A stretch of 64,000 nucleotides of DNA from Candidatus Woykebacteria bacterium RBG_13_40_15 (GCA_001816655.1 MHCP01000025.1:78428-142427); one strand, 5' to 3'; shown: positions 34,619-44,354, counted from the stretch's first letter. Notes: generated by a model from the letters alone, not told the origin. Made by a program: numbers and translations.

Positions 34619-34695
34619 AATCAAGACCCTAATCGAGTCTTGTTGTTTCACAATCAAGACCCTAATCGAGTCTTGTTGTTCAAATAATCAAGAGG
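34619..34695. repeat. Tandem 34-bp repeat (2.3 copies), each with an internal dyad
   Basis: aatcaagaccctaatcgagtcttgttgtt occurs twice, followed by a partial aatcaagagg. The dyad is CAAGAC...GTCTTG followed by TTGTT. It lies between the uvrA 3' end and the histidine-kinase 5' start. Confidence 0.7.
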
Positions 34696-34707
34696 AAATT
34701 TTGATCC

Positions 34708-37623
34708 CTAAAGCAGGCTCTTTAAATACTTGCCTGTGTAAGATGCTGTTTTTTTCGATAAATCAGCTGGTGCTCCAGTTGCAACTACTTCTCCGCCAAG
34801 GTCGCCGCCTTCGGGTCCTAAGTCAATTATCCAATCAGCAGTTTTAACAACTTCAAGGTTGTGTTCGATTACAAGAACTGTGTTTCCAGCATCAACAAGA
34901 CGATGAAGTACATCAAGAAGATTTTGGATATCCGCAAAATGAAGGCCAGTCGTCGGTTCATCCAAAATATAAAAAGTCTTTCCTGTACTCCGTTTGGAAA
35001 GCTCTGTCGAAAGTTTCACTCTCTGTGCTTCCCCACCAGAAAGTGTTGGAGCCGATTGACCAAGGCGGATGTAGCCTAATCCGACATCGGCTAAAACTTT
35101 CAATTTGTTGTAAATTGCTGGGATATTTTCAAAAAAATTGAGTGCCTCGACCACCGTCATACTCAAAACTTCAGCGATATTTTTTCCTTTGTACAAGATT
35201 TCAAGAACTTCTCTGTTGTAACGCTGTCCCTTACAAACTTCACAGGTTACATAGACATCCGGCAAAAACTGCATTTCAATTTTTACAGAACCCTCACCCT
35301 GACAAGCTTCACACCTCCCGCCTTTTACATTAAAAGAAAATCTGCCGGAAGAATACCCCCGCGTACGTGCTTGAGGAGTCTTCGAAAAAAGCTCTCTTAT
35401 ATAAGAAAAGGTTCCCGTGTATGTTACCGGGTTTGACCGAGGTGTACGTCCAATCGGAGATTGATCAATATCAACTACTTTGTCAATGTATTCCAACCCT
35501 TCCAACTTCTCATATTTACCTGGTTTATCTTTTGATCTGTAGAAATAAGAAGCTAAGGCTTTATGAAGAATTTCCTCGATCAGGGTTGATTTTCCACTCC
35601 CGGAAACACCTGTAACACAAACAAATTTTCCCAAAGGGATTTCAACTGTAATATTTTTGAGATTATGTTGCGCCGCTCCAAAGATAGTTAAGGTCTTTCC
35701 GTTTCCAGTCCTAGGGTTTCTGTTTGACGTAACAATTTTTTTACCTGAAAGGTATTGTCCTGTGATAGAAATCTCATTTTTAGCAATTTCTTCTGGCGTT
35801 CCAGTAGCAATTACTTTACCTCCAAGTTCCCCAGCTCCCGGCCCAATATCAACTACCCAATCCGCAGAAGTAATAGTTTCTTTGTCGTGTTCAACAATAA
35901 TTACACTGTTGCCTAAATTGCGCAACTCCTTCAGTGTATTGATAAGTTTCAAATTATCTCGCTGATGTAATCCAATCGAAGGTTCATCTAAAACATATAG
36001 AACCCCCGACAGCCCGGAACCGATCTGACTTGCTAGACGGATTCGCTGAGCTTCCCCTCCAGCCAAAGTGGCGCTGGAACGATCAATTGTTAAGTAGTCT
36101 AGTCCAACATCAAGTAAAAACTTAAGCCGTGCAGAAATTTCTTTTAAGACTTGTCTGGCAATTTGTTTTTCTTTTTCCGGAAGATCAAGGCCAGAAAACC
36201 AACTCGCGGCTTTTGAAATTGACAATCCTGATACATCAACAATTGATTTTTCCCCGATTGTAACGAAGAGTGCCTCTTTCTTTAACCTTGCTCCTCGACA
36301 AGTTTCGCAAAGCTCCTCCCGCATATATTTTTCGATTTCTCGCTTTGTCCACTCACTCTCTGTTTCTTTGTAACGCCTTGAAAGCTCTATAATCACACCC
36401 TCGAAAGTCGTATCAAAAGTAATTTGCCGACCAAAACGGTTTCTTCCAGTTACCGTGAAAACTTCCTCTTCTGATCCGAATAAAATTATTTCCAAGATAT
36501 TTTTTGGTAAATCCTTAATTGGCGTACTTAAGGAAAATCGGAGATGACCCGCCAAAGCTTCGAGCCGCCTAGAAGTCCAGGTATCATGTGCTAAAAGCCT
36601 TTGCCAAGGTAGGATTCCCCCTTCAGAGATTGAAAGGTTTTTGTTTGGAATTATTAAATCCGGATCGACTGTTAGCTTTGTTCCGATTCCCTGACAACTC
36701 TGACATGCCCCGTATGGAGAGTTAAAGGAAAATGTTCGGGGTTCCAGTTCCGGCAAGGAAATATCATGATCAGGGCAAGCAAAACGTTCTGAATAAACTC
36801 TATCTTCCTTACTCTCCAAATTATTGGTGTAAACTAAACCCTCACTAATCTTCAAAGCTGTTTCAACCGACTCCGTTAACCTCTGTTTATCAACAGGCCC
36901 GTCTACGACTCGACTGAGCTCGCTGAAGTCCGAAGAAGCAGGAAACTCAAGCCGATCAACAACAACATCAATGTTATGAATCTTGTATCGATCAAGGGCA
37001 GGAACTTCATCAATCTCATAAACTTTTCCATTCACACGAAGACGCACAAACCCTCGTTTCTTTAAATCATCAAAAACTTCTTCATACAACCCTTTCCTTC
37101 CTTTAACAACTGGCGCCAATATTAACAAAGTTTCCTTTTTATTTCTGCTTTCTACTATCCGCTTACTGTTCTCTGCTGACTGCTCACTGCTTACTGCTAA
37201 CTGTATCTGGTCCACAATTTCTTGCGGCGTCTGAGCGGTAATTTCTCGACCATCAATCGGGCAATGTGGATGTCCAATTCTTGCCCAAAGAAGCCGCATA
37301 TAATCATAGATTTCTGTAATAGTTCCAACCGTCGATCGAGGGTTTTTGGAAGCAGTTTTTTGATCAATTGAAATTGCCGGGGAGAGACCTTCAATCTGAT
37401 CAACATCGGGCTTTTCCATTAGCCCCAGGAATTGGCGTGCATACGCAGAAAGAGACTCGACATAACGGCGCTGGCCTTCGGCATAAAGGGTATCGAATGC
37501 TAGGGAACTTTTACCCGAACCAGATATTCCTGTAATAACAACTAGACGATTTTTCGGGATATCAAGGTCAACGTTCTTTAAGTTGTGCTCACGCGCTCCG
37601 CGAATAACAATTTTTTCTGACAT
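34708..37623 (-). CDS. uvrA: excinuclease ABC subunit A
   Basis: Two ABC ATPase modules (GISGSGKSS, GVSGSGKST), zinc fingers, and the start at MSEKIVIRGAREHNLKNV. The 57 upstream codons on the ORF track run into a GC-rich non-coding block and were excluded. Confidence 0.9.
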   Translation of the reverse strand: MSEKIVIRGAREHNLKNVDLDIPKNRLVVITGISGSGKSSLAFDTLYAEGQRRYVESLSAYARQFLGLMEKPDVDQIEGLSPAISIDQKTASKNPRSTVGTITEIYDYMRLLWARIGHPHCPIDGREITAQTPQEIVDQIQLAVSSEQSAENSKRIVESRNKKETLLILAPVVKGRKGLYEEVFDDLKKRGFVRLRVNGKVYEIDEVPALDRYKIHNIDVVVDRLEFPASSDFSELSRVVDGPVDKQRLTESVETALKISEGLVYTNNLESKEDRVYSERFACPDHDISLPELEPRTFSFNSPYGACQSCQGIGTKLTVDPDLIIPNKNLSISEGGILPWQRLLAHDTWTSRRLEALAGHLRFSLSTPIKDLPKNILEIILFGSEEEVFTVTGRNRFGRQITFDTTFEGVIIELSRRYKETESEWTKREIEKYMREELCETCRGARLKKEALFVTIGEKSIVDVSGLSISKAASWFSGLDLPEKEKQIARQVLKEISARLKFLLDVGLDYLTIDRSSATLAGGEAQRIRLASQIGSGLSGVLYVLDEPSIGLHQRDNLKLINTLKELRNLGNSVIIVEHDKETITSADWVVDIGPGAGELGGKVIATGTPEEIAKNEISITGQYLSGKKIVTSNRNPRTGNGKTLTIFGAAQHNLKNITVEIPLGKFVCVTGVSGSGKSTLIEEILHKALASYFYRSKDKPGKYEKLEGLEYIDKVVDIDQSPIGRTPRSNPVTYTGTFSYIRELFSKTPQARTRGYSSGRFSFNVKGGRCEACQGEGSVKIEMQFLPDVYVTCEVCKGQRYNREVLEILYKGKNIAEVLSMTVVEALNFFENIPAIYNKLKVLADVGLGYIRLGQSAPTLSGGEAQRVKLSTELSKRSTGKTFYILDEPTTGLHFADIQNLLDVLHRLVDAGNTVLVIEHNLEVVKTADWIIDLGPEGGDLGGEVVATGAPADLSKKTASYTGKYLKSLL

Positions 37624-38173
37624 ATTTTTCTCCAAAACAAGCCCGAAAATTTTACACCTTTTAGCAAATTTGCGCAACTCCCTATGTAAGATAATTTGAC
37701 AAGGGCTTGGCTGTTTTGTAGGATAAACCCATTGGAGGGTCAGGTCTGCGGTGCGGATGGCTGCAATCTTGTAGCTAGCTTGCTTCGCTAGCATCGCTGG
37801 TCAAAGATCAGAAGAGTGTGGTTGGATCAGCGGTCGTGCAAGCAGGGGCAGACTTCAAGCCCAGCGGCGAGGCTCTTCCCACGCCAAAGAGACCTCGCTG
37901 ACCATTACGCTCAAGAAGGAAGTCGTTTGAGATCGGTGGCTTTGCTGTCGATAGCGCACCTCGAGCGACAGTATACCCGCCACAGATGGGCAGGAGAAAG
38001 GGCTCTCGTCTCTTTAAGCGCTGTACGAGAGCCCCTTGACAAGCATAAGGCAAATTAAGTAATATACTCCGCAGCCGAAGACACAGGAGAAGAGAGAAGC
38101 CGGCGGTCCTCGGAACAGGGTAGGGGGGGGCCTAAGCCGGTCGATCGTCGGCTCCTGTAAACATCAGAGAGGG

Positions 38174-38236
38174 GTCGGGTGTAGCACGGGAGTCAGTGCC
38201 TCCCAAGGTCGGTGGTTCAAATCCATCCACCTCGAC
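38174..38236 (+). other. tRNA-like minihelix (acceptor-like stem plus anticodon-like hairpin plus T arm, no D arm)
   Basis: GTCGGGTG...GGGAG-TCAGTGC-CTCCC...GGTGG-TTCAAAT-CCATC-CACCTCGAC. Confidence 0.35.
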
Positions 38237-38342
38237 TAGACAAGGACCGCAAGAGAGGTCAGGTCCAGAGGGTGTCCTGTTGCTGATGATGCAGGTTAAC
38301 AAGACAAGCCATCAGCAAAAACCCTCACCAAGTTCAGATAGG

Positions 38343-38398
38343 TCTCGGGGATGCCACAGAATAGGTAGATCTGTTGGTTCGAATCCAACTCCCCAAGA
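38343..38398 (+). other. tRNA-like minihelix (acceptor-like stem plus T arm)
   Basis: TCTCGGGGA...GTTGG-TTCGAAT-CCAAC-TCCCCAAGA. Confidence 0.35.
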
Positions 38399-38417
38399 CA
38401 AGATCAGACGGAACGGT

Positions 38418-38494
38418 GGGTGATTAGCTCAGACGGTTAGAGCAGCAGCCTTATAAGCTGTACGTCGCAGGTTCGAGTCCTGCATCACCCACCA
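38418..38494 (+). tRNA. tRNA-Ile (anticodon TAT)
   Basis: Acceptor GGGTGAT/ATCACCC, D arm GCTC/GAGC, anticodon stem GCAGC/GCTGT with loop CTTATAA, T arm GCAGG-TTCGAGT-CCTGC, CCA encoded. A UAU anticodon is uncommon in bacteria. Confidence 0.7.
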
Positions 38495-38514
38495 CAATCA
38501 AAAGGTTGGAGATC

Positions 38515-38589
38515 ACCCCCGTAGCTCAGAGGTAGAGCGGCGAGCTGTTAACTCGCAGGTCGGTGGTTCAAGTCCATCCGGGGGTACCA
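38515..38589 (+). tRNA. tRNA-Asn (anticodon GTT)
   Basis: Acceptor ACCCCCG/CGGGGGT, anticodon stem GCGAG/CTCGC with loop CTGTTAA, T arm GGTGG-TTCAAGT-CCATC, CCA encoded. Confidence 0.8.
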
Positions 38590-38611
38590 ATCAACAAGGA
38601 CAGAGACAATA

Positions 38612-38685
38612 GGGGGATAGTTTAACTGGCAAAATGGTAGCCTGTTACGCGACAGTTGTGGGTTCGAATCCCCCCTCCTCAGCCA
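38612..38685 (+). other. tRNA-like element with TTCGAAT T-loop but an unpaired acceptor
   Basis: GGGGGATAGTTTAACTGGCAAAATGGTAGCC...GTGGG-TTCGAAT-CCCCC...GCCA. I could not fold it into a cloverleaf. Confidence 0.3.
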
Positions 38686-38692
38686 ATCACTT

Positions 38693-38768
38693 GCTCCCCC
38701 TTCGTCCAATGGCAGGACACCCGTAAAACATACAGGTTATGGTGGTTCGAATCCATCGGGGGGAGCCA
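38693..38768 (+). other. tRNA-like element (8-bp acceptor GCTCCCCC/GGGGGAGC, D-like and T arms, degenerate anticodon loop AAAACAT)
   Basis: GCTCCCCC...GTCC-AATGGCA-GGAC...GGTGG-TTCGAAT-CCATC...GGGGGAGCCA. Position 33 is not U, so this is likely a pseudo-tRNA. Confidence 0.3.
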
Positions 38769-38850
38769 ACCACTTCTAACAGCTATACCAATTAACTTTC
38801 AACTAATCGCCATTGACAATGTACAACTTGTGGTACATTATTTTATTGAG

Positions 38851-39705
38851 ATGGAAAACCCTAAAGAATTAGAGAAACAAGCTGATAGCTTACGTAACAA
38901 TGGTCGGGGACTAGCGGCTATTGAGAAATATACACAAGCCGCAACCCTTTACGAGCAACAGGAAAACAAAAAAGAAGCAGCCGAATGCTGGCATATGGTA
39001 GGTGTTAGTTACAAAGTTGAAAATGATATTAACCATGCCATTGAAACTCTTGAAAAAGCAGCAAAACTTCATAATACAGCTGGAAACCAAGTTGGTGTCG
39101 GGCGTGTTCATCGGGATATAGGAATCGCTTACGCTTATCACAAAGAGCACGACAAAGCCATCGACTGGCTTGAGAAAAGTGAAAAAGTCCTACGAGATAG
39201 CGGCGATTATGCGGAACTTGGAATCACAGAAGCAAAAATTGGTAAACATTATCTTGAAATAAATGATTACAATAAAGCAGAACAGTGGTTACAAAAGGGT
39301 CTTTCTACAATTCGTAAAGAAGGGCACTGGTTCTACGAAATGACCACCTTGCTACATTTTGGTACGTTTTATCTTGCACGAAAGGACTTCGGGGCTGCAG
39401 CTACAACTATCTGGGCCGGCATTGGGTTAATTTATCAAGCTGGTGCTAAAAAAACTCAGCAACGTCGCCTCGCTCAGCTTTACGGTCTTTTGGCCCAAAG
39501 TTATCTTGGACTAAATAATCCAAAATCTGGTGCAAAGTTTTTTAAAAAGGCTATGGATTTGCTTACCCCAATGGATTCTAATGTTTCGGCAGTAGTTTAC
39601 GAGGATATAAACGCACCGCAATTTGTAAAGCTAATCAAAAAATCCTCTCCCGAAAAGCATAAAAAACTAACCAAAGAAATAAAGTTAAATAAATTACTAC
39701 CCTAG
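38851..39705 (+). CDS. TPR-repeat protein
   Basis: The 34-residue periodicity with A/G/Y positions (AAECWHMVGVSYKVEND..., AIDWLEKSEKVLRD...) is visible. The start is at MENPKEL; the upstream ORF-track extension overlaps the tRNA-like array. Confidence 0.65.
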   Translation: MENPKELEKQADSLRNNGRGLAAIEKYTQAATLYEQQENKKEAAECWHMVGVSYKVENDINHAIETLEKAAKLHNTAGNQVGVGRVHRDIGIAYAYHKEHDKAIDWLEKSEKVLRDSGDYAELGITEAKIGKHYLEINDYNKAEQWLQKGLSTIRKEGHWFYEMTTLLHFGTFYLARKDFGAAATTIWAGIGLIYQAGAKKTQQRRLAQLYGLLAQSYLGLNNPKSGAKFFKKAMDLLTPMDSNVSAVVYEDINAPQFVKLIKKSSPEKHKKLTKEIKLNKLLP

Positions 39706-39771
39706 TAACAAAAAATAATCGCCGCTTGCTTGAAACAGACCCAATATGTATAATTATATTAGAAAGTAAAA

Positions 39772-40293
39772 ATGGAGCCTGCCAAGCCTAGTAATAAATT
39801 TAAAATCGCTTTTTTCACCACCCTTGTAACTACTATTGTTTTCCTAGTGGCAGCTGCTGCTTTAGGTTACGTTTATTATACAAAATCTCAAGCATACAAC
39901 GATTTAAATTCCGCAAATAATAAATGTAAAGAAGAAAAAGCGGCACTTGAAAAGCAAGCAAGTTCTTCTTCAGCAACTCTTAACCAGAAGCTAAAAACTT
40001 GTGAGGATCAGAAAAAAGCCGCTCTTGACACTAATAAAAATAAGACAGACAAAGTAGCCGCCTACAACACCTTATTCTCCTATTTCATTACCGTTCTTAG
40101 AACTCATAGTGGATTAAACGGCTGGACCGATGCTGAATATCAAAAAGCACGTGGTTTAGCCCAAGCAACAGAAGATCAGAACATGGTAGATAAAACTGAT
40201 TGGGCTTGGAATCATCAAGAAATAGATCAAGTAATAAGGCTGGCAGACTGGTTGGATGCAATTTCCGTCGGAATCACTAACACTTTGAAATAA
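39772..40293 (+). CDS. hypothetical membrane-anchored coiled-coil protein
   Basis: N-terminal TM helix, then a Lys/Glu/Ala-rich helix. Confidence 0.45.
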   Translation: MEPAKPSNKFKIAFFTTLVTTIVFLVAAAALGYVYYTKSQAYNDLNSANNKCKEEKAALEKQASSSSATLNQKLKTCEDQKKAALDTNKNKTDKVAAYNTLFSYFITVLRTHSGLNGWTDAEYQKARGLAQATEDQNMVDKTDWAWNHQEIDQVIRLADWLDAISVGITNTLK

Positions 40294-40300
40294 ATTATAT

Positions 40301-42346
40301 TTAGATTTTAAATTTCCTGGCCTCTTTCACACTGATTGTTTTTGGGATCTCTAATTCTTGGTTTTTTATTTCCTGTATTTGATCCCGCAAAAGCGCAGCC
40401 TTTTCGAAATCCATTATTTTTGCAGCTGATAACATTTCTGCCGTCAAGTCTCTAATTAACTTTTTAACCTCCTCCTTTGGTACTTTTGTTAAATCAAGCT
40501 CGGCAGTACTTTCTACCTCTGGCTGCAACTGACGAACCCGCTCACCTATATCGTGAATTGCTTTTTCGATAGTTGATGGGCTAATTCTATGTTTCCTATT
40601 GTATTCTACTTGAATTTTTCGTCTTCTATTTGTTTCGTCAATTGCTCCCTTAATGCTTTTGGTAATGGTGTCCGCGTACATTATTACCCTACCTTCAACG
40701 TGTCTGGAAGCTCTGCCGATTGTTTGGATTAGGGATGTTTTACTTCTTAGAAACCCTTCTTTGTCGGCGTCCAAAATAGCAATCAAAGAAACCTCTGGCA
40801 AATCCAAACCTTCGCGTAGCAAATTGATTCCAACCAACACATCATACTTTCCAGTTCGCAAATCGCGTAAAATATCAACCCGCTCTAGTGTATCAACCAT
40901 ATAATGAATGTACATTACTTTCATATCTCGCTCAGCAAGATAATCTGTTAAATCCTCTGCCATTCGTTTAGTAAGTGTCGTAACAAGTACCCTTTGTCCT
41001 TTTCCAACTCTTTTTTGAATTTCGCTAATTAAATCAGGTATTTGTCCTTCTGTCTTTTTCACTTCAATTTCTGGATCGACTATCCCTGTCGGTCGAATTA
41101 TCTGCTCTGCAATTCCGTTATTCTTCGAGAGCGTCAATTCATATTCGTCTGGTGTTGCACTGGTAAAAATAATCTGTCCTGTTTTTTTCAGGAACTCTTC
41201 GAAAGTCAAAGGTCTATTGTCTATTGCGCTGGGGAGCCTAAATCCAAAATCAATCAGCGTGTTTTTTCTGGATCGCTCACCATACCACATTCCTTTAATT
41301 TGTGGAACGCTCATGTGAGATTCGTCTATAAAAGTGGCAAAGTCTTTTGGGAAGTAATCTAACAATGTAAAAGGCGGTTCCCCCGGTTTCCTTCCATCAA
41401 AATATCGAGAGTAATTTTCGATCCCCTTAACGCTTCCTACTTCTTTGATCATTTCTAAATCGTACTTAACCCGACTTGTTAGCCTTTGAAGCTCAACCAG
41501 CTTGTTTTCTTTTTTTAGCCTGCTACTTACGGTTTTAAACTCTCTTTTAATTTCTTCAAGCGGATCGTAAGGTAAGTTGATAGGAACATTGTAGTGCCGA
41601 GCTGGAAAAATGGAAATTTCTTCAAGATCTTCGATTTTCTCCAAACTGGTTGAATCAAGTTTTGTAATTTTCTCAACTTTTTCTCCGAAGAATGAAACTC
41701 TAACGACAAATTCTTCGTAAGCTGGGTAAATTTCCAACGTATCGCCTCTTACTCTAAAGGCCGCTCTTTTTAAATCCAAATCGTTTCTTTCATACTGAAG
41801 GCGGATTAGCTGTTCCTTAACTTGATTTAAAGTAATCGGCTGCACATTGAAGAGGGTCAGAATACTCTGTCTGTACGCATCGGGTGAACCAATGTTGTAG
41901 ATGCAGGAAACAGAAGCAACAATTAAAACGTCTCGCCTAGTTAAAAGCGCTTTTGTCGCGGCTAGACGTAGTCGATCGATCTCATCATTTATGTCCGAAT
42001 CCTTTTCAATATAAAGATCAATTTGCGGAACGTAAGATTCGGGCTGGTAATAATCATAGTAAGAGACAAAGTATTCTACGGCATTGTTTGGGAAAAATTC
42101 CCGAAATTCACTCGCTAGTTGCGCCGCGAGGGTTTTGTTATGCGCAATAACCAATGTTGGGCGGTTTACTTGCGCCACAATATTAGCCATCGTAAAAGTT
42201 TTACCTGTCCCAGTTGCACCAAGCAGTGTCTGAAATCTGTAATTTTTTTCCAAGCCTTCAACTAGTTTTTTGATCGCCTCTGGCTGATCTCCAGTCGGCG
42301 GCCATGGCGCTTTTAAATCGAATTTATCCATCTTGTAATTATACAC
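40301..42346 (-). CDS. uvrB: excinuclease ABC subunit B
   Basis: PTGDQP, Walker A GATGTGKTFT, DESH box, a C-terminal helicase domain and a UvrB-type C-terminal coiled-coil. Confidence 0.9.
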   Translation of the reverse strand: MYNYKMDKFDLKAPWPPTGDQPEAIKKLVEGLEKNYRFQTLLGATGTGKTFTMANIVAQVNRPTLVIAHNKTLAAQLASEFREFFPNNAVEYFVSYYDYYQPESYVPQIDLYIEKDSDINDEIDRLRLAATKALLTRRDVLIVASVSCIYNIGSPDAYRQSILTLFNVQPITLNQVKEQLIRLQYERNDLDLKRAAFRVRGDTLEIYPAYEEFVVRVSFFGEKVEKITKLDSTSLEKIEDLEEISIFPARHYNVPINLPYDPLEEIKREFKTVSSRLKKENKLVELQRLTSRVKYDLEMIKEVGSVKGIENYSRYFDGRKPGEPPFTLLDYFPKDFATFIDESHMSVPQIKGMWYGERSRKNTLIDFGFRLPSAIDNRPLTFEEFLKKTGQIIFTSATPDEYELTLSKNNGIAEQIIRPTGIVDPEIEVKKTEGQIPDLISEIQKRVGKGQRVLVTTLTKRMAEDLTDYLAERDMKVMYIHYMVDTLERVDILRDLRTGKYDVLVGINLLREGLDLPEVSLIAILDADKEGFLRSKTSLIQTIGRASRHVEGRVIMYADTITKSIKGAIDETNRRRKIQVEYNRKHRISPSTIEKAIHDIGERVRQLQPEVESTAELDLTKVPKEEVKKLIRDLTAEMLSAAKIMDFEKAALLRDQIQEIKNQELEIPKTISVKEARKFKI

Positions 42347-43047
42347 GGAAATAGTTTAATGAAAAAAGGAGAACCGCCAACTGAAGTCACCAGCTGGCGG
42401 CGTTTCGGCGGAAATGTTTGGTCCCCAACCTTACCGAACTTAGGTAACTACTCTAAGCTGGCGGGCTAGTTTCCTTCTTATCCGCCGTCTCTTCCGTATA
42501 TCCCATTGGTCGATGGTAATCTTCCTTCTCACGTACGCTCAATCCTCTGGCGGTAGTAAGTCGGCGAAAGTCCTTGGTCGAGACATACACCTGAGACGTA
42601 GATGTGAACGCATTTCTCTCTCCTCCCGTTTTCACAAGACTGGATATTAATATAGTACACTCAACCCTAAACTACAAGACGGCTGGGAACCGGTGTAAAC
42701 CGACTCCCAGTTATTTTGGGCTAGGGGATACTCTTATGGCTCACACCCAAACGATAGTAGGATGGCTGTCACCTTGGAAGATGAGTTCAACCCCGATTGG
42801 AATGTTGTCATTGCAGCAGAACCTTGGCTCAATGCATGGTGGAAGCCTACCCGCCTCCTGCTGCGCGCGAAGTCCCATCATGAAAGATGTCACTGTACCC
42901 GAACGCCTCAGCAGCTCACGTATGATTTCTTCTCTCGTTTCCGGCACGATTCAACCTCCTTCAGTCGAAAGGTTTATGACCCTGAACAGCTGTACTGACT
43001 CACAGTTATTTCGCAGCAGTCAGTTCGTTTCTCAGCTAGTAACGAGA

Positions 43048-43542
43048 CTAAGGTTCCCACAACCTCTTTACGTCCCAGACAGTAAACGTCTGGTTAATGA
43101 CTCCAACGTAGACCGTGGCACCCACTGGTTTTTTACCCTTACAGTGGACTTTTCTGATCTCGTAACCAGCAGGTCTGCCAGCGAAGGTTCCAAGAGCAAG
43201 TATTTTTTCAGCCTTGCTTCGGAACTCTTCCTCCGTATCGGAAACAAATAGCTGCTCCGCTAGCCTAGTTCTCAGGTCCTGAATGCTAGGCAGTCTTCTC
43301 TGGAGCTCCTCCTTCCCAATAAGGGTGCCGTGGGGCGGAAGTGAGTCAATATTGGTGTCCGAAACCACAAGGCCCTCAGGAACTCGCGATATTTTCACAC
43401 ACTTCGAGAGACCCCCAGTAGCCTGAATAGTAAGCGTGATGGTCATCCCAAGCCCCATTCTGAGTAAAGCCTCATAGAGGTAAACGCCCAGCATGGTAAT
43501 GAGTGTTTCCTCAACGTCTCTTTCTCTAAGTCCCTTCCTCAT
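43048..43542 (-). CDS. hypothetical protein (164 aa) in a GC-rich segment, divergent from lexA
   Basis: ORF only. Confidence 0.3.
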   Translation of the reverse strand: MRKGLRERDVEETLITMLGVYLYEALLRMGLGMTITLTIQATGGLSKCVKISRVPEGLVVSDTNIDSLPPHGTLIGKEELQRRLPSIQDLRTRLAEQLFVSDTEEEFRSKAEKILALGTFAGRPAGYEIRKVHCKGKKPVGATVYVGVINQTFTVWDVKRLWEP

Positions 43543-43736
43543 GATCTCCTCCTCGCTAGTTTCGACTAAGCGGATATGTCTATGGGTTTATCAAAAGATT
43601 AACTACTTCCCCATCTTTTGTCAATTCTATTTATTGATTTTCCAAAAATACCCCAAAAAGTTGACTGGTTTTGATTTATTTTTAGTTAGTTTGAACCGCT
43701 TGACAGTATCCGAAAATAAACCAATAATATAGCTGT

Positions 43737-44354
43737 ATGCCTCCAGTAATTTACAAGAGAGAACGCGATCTTTTAGACTTCATTTCCCAGTATATGCAGA
43801 AAAATGGCTACGCACCCACCTTGGCTGAAATCTGCGATGGTTTAGGTTTACGCTCCCCCGCCACAGTCCACGAACACATCCAAAATTTAATCGATAAAGG
43901 AGTTTTAAAGAAGGACGAGGGTGTTCGCAGAGGTTTGGAAATAGTTGATCAAAAGGTTATGGGTTGGGTGCAGAGTGCTGTTGAAATTCCTCTCATCGGA
44001 AGGATTGCCGCTGGTGCACCGATCGAAGCAATCGAGGATTACACGTCTGCGGTAACAATTCCACCAGATATGGTAGGAAAGAAAAAATGCTTCGCTTTGC
44101 AGGTAAGGGGAAACAGCATGATAGAAGCAGCTATTTTAGATGGTGACTTTGTAATCTGCGAAGAAGCAACTGATGCAAATAACGGAGAAATAGTAGTCGC
44201 TCTTGTTAATGACAATTTTGCTACCCTAAAGAGATTTTTTCGCGAAGCCGACCACATTCGCCTAGAACCAGCAAACTCTTCCATGAACCCGCTAATTACC
44301 AAGAATGCAACAGTGAGAGGTAAGGTCGTCGGGGTCGTGCGTAAATACCACTAG
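43737..44354 (+). CDS. lexA: LexA repressor (S24 peptidase)
   Basis: N-terminal wHTH, a cleavage-site region, the S24 Ser motif in VRGNSMIEAAILDGDFVI, and a Lys in ...GKVVGVVRKY. Confidence 0.8.
   Translation: MPPVIYKRERDLLDFISQYMQKNGYAPTLAEICDGLGLRSPATVHEHIQNLIDKGVLKKDEGVRRGLEIVDQKVMGWVQSAVEIPLIGRIAAGAPIEAIEDYTSAVTIPPDMVGKKKCFALQVRGNSMIEAAILDGDFVICEEATDANNGEIVVALVNDNFATLKRFFREADHIRLEPANSSMNPLITKNATVRGKVVGVVRKYH

Noticed and set aside
34619-34695. Possible CRISPR array
   Set aside because: Only 2.3 copies with a 5-6 nt 'spacer' and no cas genes anywhere in the window. Treated as a tandem repeat or terminator.
37630-38170. tmRNA / RNase P RNA / SRP RNA in the GC-rich non-coding stretch
   Set aside because: Apart from a GGTCAGGTCC 10-mer shared with 4.5S RNA, none of the conserved cores are present. 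Those are the SRP GGAA/AGCAGCC helix-8 motif, the RNase P P4 sequences AGGAAAGUCCGGGC / ACAGAACCCGGCUUA, and a tmRNA tag ORF with a 5' GGGG acceptor. A covariance-model scan is needed to be sure.
43560-43736. LexA operator upstream of lexA
   Set aside because: No GAAC-N4-GTTC or CTGT-N8-ACAG palindrome with correct spacing is present, so no site is reported.
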